Assembly: GCA_963728075.1 (NCBI GenBank)
Contig: CAVSIP010000001.1
Coordinates: forward strand, 147,799 to 211,798
Direction: 5' to 3'
Source: an uncultured Actinomycetota bacterium
Lineage (GTDB): Bacteria > Actinomycetota > Actinomycetes > JAFAQI01 > DASSKL01
Length of the DNA stretch: 64,000 nucleotides
The translations under genes and the position numbers were made by a program. Under the pieces are notes generated by a model. It was not told where the DNA came from. It ran no database searches and saw only the letters and a program-made list of their open reading frames with translations. Positions 54,330 to 62,870 of the stretch are shown here, piece by piece (position 1 is the stretch's first letter; every line of letters begins with the position of its first letter).

Positions 54330-55043
54330 TCAGTGCTGGTGCTTGGCGGCTCCCTTCCCGTGACCGTGACCGGAGTCCGACACGGTCGTCTGTGTCGTCG
54401 CCGACGTGCTGTCCGTGGGATCGGGCGTCTCCGTCGGGTCGGGTGCGTCCGCACTGGGCTGGCTCTCGGTGCTCTCCGTCGCTGCGTCGGAGTCGCCGGC
54501 GCCCTCGGTGTCGTCCTGCGTCGTCGTCGCGGTGTCGGTGCTGGTGCTGGTGCTGGTGCTGGTCGCCTCGGGTGAGGGCAGCCCGCAGTCCGAGCCGGCG
54601 GCCTGGGAGACCCACGACCCGTGGTTGCCGTCCCGGCCCTTCGGCGCCTCGTGGGCCACCTTCGAGACGTACGCGCCGTGGTTGGCGACGTCCGTCGGGC
54701 AGTCCGGCAGCTGGTAGCCGCTGCCCGCGGTGGCCGTGTCGGTCGGAGTCGCTGCCTGAACCGGGTCGGTGGTGGCCGGGTCGGTGGGAGTCGGGTCGGT
54801 GGTCGCCGGGTCGGTGGGAGTCGGGTCGGTGGTCGCTGGGTCGGTGGGAGTCGGGTCGGTGGTGGCCGGGTCGGTGGGGGTCGCGCCGCTCGCGTCCGCG
54901 ACGGTGGTGGTCTGGATGCTGGGGGCAGGTGCAGCGGCGGCAACCGCGACGGCGGCGCCGGTGCCGCCGGCCGTGGCGGCGGCGGCGAGCATCGCCAGCA
55001 CCTTGGCCTTGGCTGCGACGACGGTGGGCAGTCGGTCGAGCAC
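54330..55043 (-). CDS. secreted Thr/Pro/Asp-rich tandem-repeat protein, hypothetical
   Basis: 237-aa ORF. It has a signal-like N-terminus (AKAKVLAMLAAAATAGGTGAAVAVAAAAPAPS) and 4 copies of PTPTDPATTD. A Cys-containing core follows (YQLPDCPTDVANHGAYVSKVAHEAPKG...SDCGLP), then TSTSTSTS and an acidic tail ending HGHGKGAAKHQH. Confidence 0.65.
   Translation of the reverse strand: MLDRLPTVVAAKAKVLAMLAAAATAGGTGAAVAVAAAAPAPSIQTTTVADASGATPTDPATTDPTPTDPATTDPTPTDPATTDPTPTDPATTDPVQAATPTDTATAGSGYQLPDCPTDVANHGAYVSKVAHEAPKGRDGNHGSWVSQAAGSDCGLPSPEATSTSTSTSTDTATTTQDDTEGAGDSDAATESTESQPSADAPDPTETPDPTDSTSATTQTTVSDSGHGHGKGAAKHQH
54537..54563. repeat. hexanucleotide microsatellite (GGTGCT)4.5
   Basis: GGTGCTGGTGCTGGTGCTGGTGCTGGT encodes (ST)n within the same gene. 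Confidence 0.85.
54762..54881. repeat. 4 x 30-nt in-frame tandem repeat
   Basis: The unit is CGGGTCGGTGGTSGCYGGGTCGGTGGGAGT, at 54762, 54792, 54822 and 54852. Copies differ by 1-2 nt. The unit encodes PTPTDPATTD on the minus strand. Confidence 0.9.
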
Positions 55044-55134
55044 GGGGTCCTCCGGGGGTAGGGGTGGGTTCCTTCACTCCCCGAATCGACGCGCCGATCA
55101 GCGCTTCCGTACACCCGAGCGGGTGATCCTCGGG

Positions 55135-56631
55135 TCAGGCGCTCGCCAGGTCCTCCACCAGCGCGACCATCGTGCGGACCGCGGCGCCCGTCCCGCCCTT
55201 GGGTGTGTAGCCGTACGGCTCGCCCTGGTGGAACGCCGGACCGGCGATGTCCAGATGCGCCCAGCGGACGCCGTCCGCGACGAACTCCTCGAGGAAGACG
55301 CCGGCGACCAGCATGCCGCCGTAGCGCTCACCCATGTTCGCGATGTCGGCGATCTCCGAGTCGAGCGACTTGCGCAGCTCCGGCGGCAGCGGCATCGGCC
55401 AGGCTTGCTCACCGGTGCGCTCGGCCGCGGCCAGCACCTGGGAGCGCAGGTCGTCGTCGTTGGCCATGACCGCGAAGACGTGCGAGCCGAGCGCCACCAT
55501 CTGGGCGCCGGTCAGCGTCGCCGCGTCGACCAGCACGTCCGGGCTCTCCTCGCACGCCCGCGTGATCGCGTCGGCGAGGATCAGCCGTCCCTCGGCGTCG
55601 GTGTTGAGCACCTCGACGGTCTTGCCGCCCCGGATCGTGAGGACGTCCGACGGGCGGATGGCCGTCCCGCTGGGCATGTTCTCGGCGGTCGGGACCCAGC
55701 CGGTGACGTTCACCTTCGGCTCGAGGCGGGCCACCGCGGTCATCGCCGACAGCACGGCCGCGGCGCCGCCCATGTCCGACTTCATGGCCTCCATCGCGTT
55801 GGCCGGCTTGAGCGACAGGCCGCCGGAGTCGAACGTGATGCCCTTGCCGACGAGGGCCACCGACGTGGTGGCCTCCGGGTGGCGGAAGGCGATGCGTACG
55901 AGGCGTGGCGGGTTGGTCGAGCCGGCGCCGACACCGAGGATGCCGCCGAATCCGCCGGCGGTGAGCGCCTCCTCGTCGAGGACCTCGACGTCGAGGCCGA
56001 GCGGGGTGCACGCGTCGACCGCCGCCTGGGCGAGGTCGGCCGGGTGCAGGTCGCCGGGCGGGGTGTTCACCAGGTCGCGGCACAGGTGCACGGCGGCCGC
56101 CAGCGCCTGCGCCCGCTGCACGGCGGCCCGGGTCGCGTCGTCGTCGGCCGCCGCCACCACGGTGACGCGCTCGACCGGGCGGCGGCGGGCGTCCTCGGAC
56201 GCGCGCCGGTAACGCAGGAAGGAGTAGGCGCCGAACAGGGCGCCCTCGGCCACGGCTGCCGCCGCCTCGGCGCCCGCCCCGGCCAGGGCGAGGGTGAGCG
56301 CGACGGATCGGGTGCCGGCCAGCGCGCGAACCGCCGCACCGGCACCGCGGCGCAGGTCCTCTGCGGTCGGCTCGTCCGTACCGAGCCCGACCGCGACCAC
56401 GGTCGGCGCCGTCGTCGCTCCCAGCGTCGGGACGCGGGTCACCTCGCCGGCCTCACCTCGAGCCCCCAGGACGCGCAGGGCGTCCAGCAGCCGGCCGTCC
56501 ATCGCGCGGTCCACCGACTCCGCTCCGGGCGCGAGCCGCAGCCCGCCATCGGCGCCGGCGAGGACTCCCACCGCGAGCGCGTCGACGTCGAGTCGCGCGG
56601 CGTCGTCGGTGGTCAAAGAGAGGTCGGTCAC
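55135..56631 (-). CDS. pepA: leucyl aminopeptidase (M17)
   Basis: The GTG at 56631 gives VTDLSLTTDD... Motifs: VGKGITFDSGGLSLKP and NTDAEGRLILADA. The upstream 160 codons of the ORF are shadow sequence that overlaps gcvT. Confidence 0.9.
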   Translation of the reverse strand: MTDLSLTTDDAARLDVDALAVGVLAGADGGLRLAPGAESVDRAMDGRLLDALRVLGARGEAGEVTRVPTLGATTAPTVVAVGLGTDEPTAEDLRRGAGAAVRALAGTRSVALTLALAGAGAEAAAAVAEGALFGAYSFLRYRRASEDARRRPVERVTVVAAADDDATRAAVQRAQALAAAVHLCRDLVNTPPGDLHPADLAQAAVDACTPLGLDVEVLDEEALTAGGFGGILGVGAGSTNPPRLVRIAFRHPEATTSVALVGKGITFDSGGLSLKPANAMEAMKSDMGGAAAVLSAMTAVARLEPKVNVTGWVPTAENMPSGTAIRPSDVLTIRGGKTVEVLNTDAEGRLILADAITRACEESPDVLVDAATLTGAQMVALGSHVFAVMANDDDLRSQVLAAAERTGEQAWPMPLPPELRKSLDSEIADIANMGERYGGMLVAGVFLEEFVADGVRWAHLDIAGPAFHQGEPYGYTPKGGTGAAVRTMVALVEDLASA

Positions 56632-56682
56632 GGGCGCCGATGCTAGACGAAGGCCCTCGTGGCGACCGGATAGCGTGCGTCC

Positions 56683-57789
56683 ATGGCCGCCGATCCCGCC
56701 ACGCTGCGCCGTTCGCCGCTGCACGACCGGCACGAGGCGCTCGGCGCGAGGATGTCCGACTTCGGCGGCTGGCTCATGCCGATCCAGTACCGCGGGGTTG
56801 TCGAGGAGCACACCGCGGTGCGTACGGCGGTGGGCGTGTTCGACGTCAGCCACCTCGGCAAGGCGTTCGTCCGCGGCCCCGGTGCGGCGGCGTTCGTCAA
56901 CGCGTGCCTCACCAACGACCTCGACCGGATCGGTCCCGGGCAGGCGCAGTACACGCTGTGCTGCGACGATCCCACCGGCGGGGTCGTGGACGACCTCATC
57001 GCGTACCTTCGGGCGCCGGACGAGGTGTTCCTCGTCCCCAACGCGGCGAACACCGCCGAGGTGGTGCGCCGGCTCTCGGCCGCGGCACCTACTGGGGTCG
57101 AGGTCTCCGACGCCCACGACCGGTACGCCGTGCTCGCCGTGCAGGGCCCCCGGTCAGCCGAGCTGCTCGAGGCCGTCGGCCTGCCCACGAAGCACGACTA
57201 CATGTCCTTCGAGGAGGCCGCCCAGGCGGGGCGGCAGGTGCTCGTCTGCCGCTCCGGCTACACCGGCGAGCGCGGGTACGAGCTCGTGGTGGAGGCGGAC
57301 GGTGCGGGGCCGCTGTGGGACGGCCTGCTGGCCGCCGGTGTGGCGCTCGGGGTCCAGCCCTGCGGGCTCGGCGCCCGCGACACCCTGCGCACCGAGATGG
57401 GCTACCCGCTGCACGGCCAGGACATCTCGCTGGACGTCACCCCGGTCCAGGCCCGGCTCGGCTGGGCGATCGGGTGGGACAAGCCCGCGTTCTGGGGGCG
57501 CGACGTGCTCGTCGCCGAGCGCGAGGCGGGTCCCGCTCGCGTCCTGCGTGGCCTGGTCGCCACCGACCGGGGCATTCCCCGGCCGCACATGCCGGTGCGT
57601 TCCCTCGACGGTGCGGACGTCGGCACGGTCACCAGCGGGACGTTCTCGCCCACCCGACGCGTCGGGCTGGGGCTGGCCCTCCTCGACGTGGCGGTCTCGG
57701 AGGGCGACGAGGTGGAGGTCGACGTCCGCGGCCGGCCGTCGCGGATGACCGTGACCCGGCCGCCGTTCGTCGAGGCCACCCCGCGATGA
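56683..57789 (+). CDS. gcvT: glycine cleavage system aminomethyltransferase (T protein)
   Basis: 368-aa ORF reading [26 protein letters not shown]...[10 protein letters not shown]...[11 protein letters not shown]. Confidence 0.95.
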   Translation: MAADPATLRRSPLHDRHEALGARMSDFGGWLMPIQYRGVVEEHTAVRTAVGVFDVSHLGKAFVRGPGAAAFVNACLTNDLDRIGPGQAQYTLCCDDPTGGVVDDLIAYLRAPDEVFLVPNAANTAEVVRRLSAAAPTGVEVSDAHDRYAVLAVQGPRSAELLEAVGLPTKHDYMSFEEAAQAGRQVLVCRSGYTGERGYELVVEADGAGPLWDGLLAAGVALGVQPCGLGARDTLRTEMGYPLHGQDISLDVTPVQARLGWAIGWDKPAFWGRDVLVAEREAGPARVLRGLVATDRGIPRPHMPVRSLDGADVGTVTSGTFSPTRRVGLGLALLDVAVSEGDEVEVDVRGRPSRMTVTRPPFVEATPR

Positions 57790-58334
57790 CCGGCCCCGCA
57801 GGGCCCGGGCCGCGGGTGCTGCTCATGGGCATGATGGGGGCGGGCAAGACCACGGTGGGTACCGCGCTGTCCCGGCGTACCGGCTGGCCGTACCTGGACA
57901 ACGACGAGCTCGTGCACCGGGCGACCGGTCGGACGACGCCGGACGTCCTCGCCTCCGGCGGCGTCGCCGAGCTGCGGCGGGCCGAGTCGCTGGCGCTGGC
58001 GGAGGCGCTGACCGCTCCGACACCGGTCATCGCGGCGGTGGCCGCCGGGGTGGTGGAGGATGCCCGGGACCTGGAGCGGCTGCGTACGGGCGGATGCGTC
58101 GTGTGGTTGCGGGCTCGCCTGGAGACGCTGGTCTCGCGGGTCGGCACCGGGGCCGGGCGGCCGTGGCTGCAGGGCGATGCCGCAACGGCGCTCGCCGCGC
58201 TGTACGAGGGGCGCGCCCCGCTGTACGAACGGGCGGCCGGCCTGATCGTGGACGTCGACGAGCTTCCCGGAGAGCGCGTCGCCGACCGCATCCTGGCTGC
58301 GCTGCCTCACACCGACGACACCCGGGAGGCGTGA
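57786..58334 (+). CDS. shikimate-kinase-family P-loop protein (AroK paralogue-like)
   Basis: The ATG at 57786 overlaps the gcvT stop as ATGA. The sequence reads [33 protein letters not shown]...[11 protein letters not shown]. Confidence 0.7.
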   Translation: MTGPAGPGPRVLLMGMMGAGKTTVGTALSRRTGWPYLDNDELVHRATGRTTPDVLASGGVAELRRAESLALAEALTAPTPVIAAVAAGVVEDARDLERLRTGGCVVWLRARLETLVSRVGTGAGRPWLQGDAATALAALYEGRAPLYERAAGLIVDVDELPGERVADRILAALPHTDDTREA

Positions 58335-58543
58335 TGAGCTGGACGTGGCGGTACGAAGGGCCGGACGGCGAGCCGGTCACCCCCGCGCAGGCACCGCGCG
58401 CGGAGTCCTTCTCGACCCAGTCCGACGCGGAGTCCTGGATCGGCGAGAACTGGCGGGAGCTGCTCTCCGCCGGGGTGCACCAGGTGACGCTGCTCGAGGG
58501 GGAGCGGGAGGTCTACGGCCCGATGGGGCTGCACACGGAGTAG
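58334..58543 (+). CDS. small hypothetical protein (69 aa)
   Basis: The ATG at 58334 overlaps the previous TGA by 1 nt. The product is [15 protein letters not shown]...SDAESWIGENWRELLSAGVHQVTLLEGEREVYGPMGL. GC3 is high. Confidence 0.6.
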   Translation: MSWTWRYEGPDGEPVTPAQAPRAESFSTQSDAESWIGENWRELLSAGVHQVTLLEGEREVYGPMGLHTE

Positions 58544-58553
58544 CGCCGTACGC

Positions 58554-59552
58554 CTAGGGCCGCCGCTTCGGGCTCTGGGTGAGCGCCGGGTCCCGCTGCA
58601 CGACCGGGTCGAGGATCGCGTCGACGCGCCGCAGGACGTCGGCGTCCAGCGACTGGCCGGCGGCCTTGACGTTCTCCGCCACCTGCTCCGGCCGGGTGGC
58701 GCCGATGATCGCCGCGGAGACGTTGCCGTTCTGCAGCACCCAGGCGAGCGCGAGCTGGGCGGTCGACAGCCCCAGGTCGCGGGCGACGTCGCCGAGCTGC
58801 TGGACCCGGGTGAGCACGTCGTCCTCGAGCCAGCGCTTGATGAAGCCGCCGCCGGTGGGGTCGGTGGCGCGGGATCCCGCCGGCGGCTCGGCGCCCGGCG
58901 CGTACTTCCCGGTGAGCACGCCCTGGGCCAGCGGCGACCACACGATCTGCCCGACGCCTTCCCGCTCGCACAGCGGGACGACGTCCGCCTCGATGACCCG
59001 CCACAGCGCGGAGTACTGCGGCTGGTTGGACACCAGCCGGTCCAGGCCCATCTGGTCGGCGATCCGCAGCGCATCAGCGATCTGCCCAGCGGTCCACTCC
59101 GAGACGCCGATGTAGTGCACCTTCCCGGCGCGGACGAGGTCGTCGAAGGCGCGCAGCGTCTCCTCGAGCGGCGTCTCGACGTCGTAGCGGTGTGCCTGGT
59201 ACAGGTCGACGTAGTCGGTGCGCAGCCGGCGCAGGGACGCGTCGATCGACTCGTGGATGTGCTTGCGGGACAGTCCGCGGTCGTTGGGCCCCTCACCCGT
59301 CGGCCAGAACACCTTGGTGGCGAGCACGAAGTCCTTGCGCGGGATGCCCTCGAGCGCCCGGCCCAGCACGTCCTCGGCGCGGCCCTGCGCGTAGACGTCC
59401 GCCGTGTCGAAGAAGGTGATGCCCTCGTCGAACGCGGCCCGGACGCACGCCACTGCGGCGTCCTCCTGGACCTGGCTGCCGTGGGTGATCCAGTTGCCGT
59501 ACGCGATCTCCGAGACGACGAGTCCGCTGCGGCCGAGGTGTCGGTACTCCAT
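58554..59552 (-). CDS. aldo/keto reductase
   Basis: The ATG at 59552 gives MEYRHLGRSGLVVSEIAYGNW...FFDTADVYAQGRAE...DLYQAHRYD. Confidence 0.9.
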   Translation of the reverse strand: MEYRHLGRSGLVVSEIAYGNWITHGSQVQEDAAVACVRAAFDEGITFFDTADVYAQGRAEDVLGRALEGIPRKDFVLATKVFWPTGEGPNDRGLSRKHIHESIDASLRRLRTDYVDLYQAHRYDVETPLEETLRAFDDLVRAGKVHYIGVSEWTAGQIADALRIADQMGLDRLVSNQPQYSALWRVIEADVVPLCEREGVGQIVWSPLAQGVLTGKYAPGAEPPAGSRATDPTGGGFIKRWLEDDVLTRVQQLGDVARDLGLSTAQLALAWVLQNGNVSAAIIGATRPEQVAENVKAAGQSLDADVLRRVDAILDPVVQRDPALTQSPKRRP

Positions 59553-59581
59553 GGCGCCGACCCTACGGGCGGCCCGGGGGC

Positions 59582-60181
59582 TCAGCGGATCGGGTCCCCG
59601 CGCTTCACCTTCGGGGGCGGCATGCGCAGCCGGCGGATCTGCAGGGCGCGCGTGACGGCGTACCAGCGGATGCCGTGCGCCTGGTCCGCCCCGAAGCGCT
59701 CGGCGACGGTGCGCTGGACCGTACGGGCCAGCCACAGGCTGTCGACGATGATGCCGAGGAGCAGCGCCGCGTAGCCGAGCGACACCACGGGTGCGATCAC
59801 CTGCACCGTGCTCGCGAACAGCAGCAGGATCGCGGCGGGCAGGAAGAACGAGCCGATGCTGCGCCGCGTGTCGACGTAGTCGCGTACGTAGCGCCGCACC
59901 GGGCCGGCGTCCCGGGGCGGCAGGTTGCGCTCGTCACCGGTGGTCAGCGCGTGGCGCTGGAGCCGCCGCTGCTCCTTGACCTTGTCGCGACGCAGCCGGG
60001 CGGCTTCCTTGCGGTTCGTCGGGGCCTTGAGCGCCTGCCTGCGGGCCTTCTGCGCCTCGCGGCGCTTCGGCGTCGGCCGGCCCTTGCCGGCCGGCTTCGC
60101 CCCGCGGTCGTCCGTCTCGTCGACGGGTGGTTCTGCCGAGGTCGCGGCCGGGTCCTCGGTGGTACGGCGGAAAGCGGGCAC
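59582..60181 (-). CDS. DUF3043 domain-containing membrane protein
   Basis: 199-aa ORF. It has a basic N-terminal half (GKGRPTPKRREAQKARRQ) followed by two TM segments. Confidence 0.7.
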   Translation of the reverse strand: MPAFRRTTEDPAATSAEPPVDETDDRGAKPAGKGRPTPKRREAQKARRQALKAPTNRKEAARLRRDKVKEQRRLQRHALTTGDERNLPPRDAGPVRRYVRDYVDTRRSIGSFFLPAAILLLFASTVQVIAPVVSLGYAALLLGIIVDSLWLARTVQRTVAERFGADQAHGIRWYAVTRALQIRRLRMPPPKVKRGDPIR

Positions 60182-60272
60182 GGATCCAGGCTACCGAGCG
60201 TTGTGCGGGTGTCGGGGCGGCCGCCGCGGGCTTAGGGTCTGCAGTAGGCACCACCGTTCGAGGGAGAGGCGC

Positions 60273-61022
60273 ATGGGCATCGCGCGACGGCTGTCGCTGC
60301 TGTTCAAGACCAAGACGAGCAAGCTTCTGGACCGCGCCGAGGATCCCCGCGAGACGCTGGACTACTCCTACCAGCGCCAGCTCGAGATGCTGCAGAAGGT
60401 GCGGCGGGGCGTCGCGGACGTGGCCACCAGCCGTAAGCGGCTGGAGATCCAGATGAACCAGCTTCAGCAGACCGCGGACAAGCTGCAGGGGCAGGCCAAG
60501 CAGGCCGTCGAGGCGAACCGCGAGGACCTGGCCCGGGAGGCGCTCACGCGCCGCTCCGCGGTCAACGCGCAGCTCGCGGACCTCGCCCAGCAGCATGCGT
60601 CGCTGCAGGCGGAGGAGGAGAAGCTCACCCAGGCCAGCCAGCGGCTGCAGGCCAAGGTGGACGCCTTCCGCAGCCGCAAGGAGACGATCAAGGCGACGTA
60701 CACCGCGGCCGAGGCGCAGACCAAGATCGGGGAGGCCTTCGCCGGCATCTCCGAGGAGATGGGTGACGTCGGCCTCGCGATGCAGCGCGCCGAGGACAAG
60801 ACCCAGCAGATGCAGGCGCGTGCCGGCGCGGTGGACGAGCTGCTCGCGTCCGGCGCGTTGGACGACGCGTCGCTGCCCGCCGGTGGCCGCCGTGACGACA
60901 TCCAGACCGAGCTCGACCAGCTCAGCGCCGGCAGCGAGGTCGAGACGGAGCTGGCCCGGCTCAAGGGCGAGATCGGCGCCGGCGCGAGCGCGCCGGAGCT
61001 GGAGCAGGGGGAGGGCACGTGA
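60273..61022 (+). CDS. pspA: PspA/IM30 family protein
   Basis: The ATG at 60273 follows GGGAGAGG. The sequence reads LLDRAEDPRETLDYSYQRQLEMLQKVRRGVADVATSRKRLE... and is coiled-coil throughout. Confidence 0.9.
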   Translation: MGIARRLSLLFKTKTSKLLDRAEDPRETLDYSYQRQLEMLQKVRRGVADVATSRKRLEIQMNQLQQTADKLQGQAKQAVEANREDLAREALTRRSAVNAQLADLAQQHASLQAEEEKLTQASQRLQAKVDAFRSRKETIKATYTAAEAQTKIGEAFAGISEEMGDVGLAMQRAEDKTQQMQARAGAVDELLASGALDDASLPAGGRRDDIQTELDQLSAGSEVETELARLKGEIGAGASAPELEQGEGT

Positions 61023-61297
61023 TCGTACGCATCCTCGGTGAGGGCCAGCTCGACGTGCCGGACAGCGAGCTGGGGAAGCTCAACACGCTCGACGACGCGC
61101 TGCAGGCAGCGGTCGACGCCGATGACGAGGCGGCCTTCGCCGCTGCACTGGCGGACCTGCTCGCCGAGGTGCGGCAGGTCGGTACCCCGCTTCCGGATGA
61201 CTCACTGGTGCCGTCGGAGCTGGTGCTCCCGTCGGCGGACGCCGGGCTCGCGGAGGTTCGCGACCTGCTCGGCGAGGAAGGGCTGATCCCGGGCTGA
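61019..61297 (+). CDS. PspA-associated protein PspAA
   Basis: 92-aa ORF. The GTG start overlaps the pspA stop as GTGA. The sequence reads MIVRILGEGQLDVPDSELGKLNTLDDAL... Confidence 0.7.
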   Translation: MIVRILGEGQLDVPDSELGKLNTLDDALQAAVDADDEAAFAAALADLLAEVRQVGTPLPDDSLVPSELVLPSADAGLAEVRDLLGEEGLIPG

Positions 61298-61298
61298 C

Positions 61299-62219
61299 AT
61301 GGCCACCACTCGTTTCCGCACCGACCGCGGCCTGCAGGCCCGCATGGTGTTCACGATGTTCCTGCTGGGCCTGCTGTTCGTCGCGTTCATGGGCGCGCTC
61401 ATCGCCATCAACGTGGGACCGCTCGTCATCGTCGTCATCGGCGGTGGCTTCCTGTTCTTCCAGTACTGGGCCAGCGACCGGATCGCGCTCTACGCCATGC
61501 ACGGGCGGGTCGTCAGCCGCGAGCAGGCCCCTGAGCTGTACGGCACGGTGGAGCGGCTGTGCGCGCTCGCGGACATGCCGATGCCCAAGGTGGCGATCGC
61601 CGACAGCGACATCCCGAACGCCTTCGCCACCGGCCGCAGCCCGGATCGCGCCGTCGTCTGCGCCACCACGGGCATCCTGCGACGCCTCGACCAGGAGGAG
61701 CTGGAGGGCGTTCTCGCGCACGAGCTGTCGCACGTCGCCCACCGGGACGTGATGGTCATGACCTTCGCGTCGTTCCTCGGCATCGTCGCCGGCATGATCA
61801 CCCGGTTCACGATGTACGCGGGAATGTTCGGCGGGTACGGCGGGCGCCGTGACAGCCGCAACGACAACACCGCGCTGATGGTCTTCGGGGTGATGCTCGT
61901 CTCCATGCTCGTCTACGCGTTGTCGTTCGTGCTCACCCGTGCGCTGTCGCGCTACCGGGAGCTCTCCGCCGACCGGGCGGGTGCGTACCTCACCGGCCGA
62001 CCGTCGGCGCTGGCGTCCGCGCTGACCAAGGTGACCGGCGACATGGCCCGGATCCCCACGAAGGACCTGCGCTCGGCGGAGGCGTTCAACGCCTTCTTCT
62101 TCACCCCCGCGCTCGCCAAGGGCTTCAGCATCTCGTCGCTGTTCTCCACCCACCCGTCGCTGGAGCAGCGGCTCGAGCAGCTCGGCCGGATCTCCCGCGA
62201 GCTGGGCCAGGCAGGCTGA
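61299..62219 (+). CDS. htpX: zinc metalloprotease HtpX (M48)
   Basis: 306-aa ORF. It has N-terminal TM segments, the HExxH motif as HELSHVAHRD, and the C-terminal motif FSTHPSLEQR. Confidence 0.9.
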   Translation: MATTRFRTDRGLQARMVFTMFLLGLLFVAFMGALIAINVGPLVIVVIGGGFLFFQYWASDRIALYAMHGRVVSREQAPELYGTVERLCALADMPMPKVAIADSDIPNAFATGRSPDRAVVCATTGILRRLDQEELEGVLAHELSHVAHRDVMVMTFASFLGIVAGMITRFTMYAGMFGGYGGRRDSRNDNTALMVFGVMLVSMLVYALSFVLTRALSRYRELSADRAGAYLTGRPSALASALTKVTGDMARIPTKDLRSAEAFNAFFFTPALAKGFSISSLFSTHPSLEQRLEQLGRISRELGQAG

Positions 62220-62785
62220 TGGGGTTCCTGGACACGCTGCTCGGCCGGTCGAAGCCGGTCAAACCGGACCTCGACCAGCTGTTCGGCCTGCCCGCCGCGG
62301 CGGTCACCCTGGAGGCGGCCACCCAGTTCCGTCCGACCGGCGTCGGGTCGGTGTGTTTCAAGCCCGCGGAAGGTGGCGCGTTCGGCTCGCTGCGGGAGCA
62401 GGTGGACGCGCTGATGGCCGTCGACGCCGACCGCTACGCCGAGCAGACCGACGAGTACGGCTACCGCTGGCTGGTGCGCACCACCACGCCCGACCAGCTC
62501 GAGGACCTCGTCGCCGACCTGCACACGGTGAACTCGACCCTGGCCGACGCGGGCTTCGGCTCGCTCCTGCTCTGCACGGTCGTCGCGTTCAGCGACGGGT
62601 CGCGCCCGCTGGGCCTGGTGTACCTGTACAAGCGGGGCGCCTGGTACCCGTTCGCCCCGACCGGTGGCCAGAAGCGCGACAACGCCCTCGAGCTGCAGAT
62701 GCGCGCCGTCGTGGCCGACGACCTGCGGGTCGAGGACGACCTGTCCCGCTGGTTCCCCCTCTGGGGCGCCCCCGGCCTGTCCTGA
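62219..62785 (+). CDS. PspA-associated protein PspAB
   Basis: 188-aa ORF. The ATG overlaps the htpX stop by 1 nt. The sequence reads MGFLDTLLGRSKPVKPDLDQLFGLP...YRWLV... Confidence 0.65.
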   Translation: MGFLDTLLGRSKPVKPDLDQLFGLPAAAVTLEAATQFRPTGVGSVCFKPAEGGAFGSLREQVDALMAVDADRYAEQTDEYGYRWLVRTTTPDQLEDLVADLHTVNSTLADAGFGSLLLCTVVAFSDGSRPLGLVYLYKRGAWYPFAPTGGQKRDNALELQMRAVVADDLRVEDDLSRWFPLWGAPGLS

Positions 62786-62870
62786 GCGGGCCACCGGCGG
62801 CTGCAAGTTGATCCGTCTGGCGAGCCGCCGGCGTACGCCCGTATGGTGCCGGCCCCCGTCCGCCGGCGGG

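Noticed and set aside
54762-54881. Tandem repeats considered as a CRISPR-like array
   Set aside because: The units are contiguous, with no spacers. They are 30 nt long, in frame, and encode a PTPTDPATTD peptide repeat within a high-GC3 ORF.
56632-56682. Possible glycine riboswitch upstream of gcvT
   Set aside because: The whole pepA/gcvT spacer is 51 nt. That is far too short for a glycine riboswitch aptamer, and no conserved aptamer core is visible.
62794-62831. Possible terminator between the PspAB gene and nadA
   Set aside because: It has only a 9-bp stem (CCGGCGGCT/AGCCGCCGG) with a 20-nt loop and no U tract. That is too weak to call.
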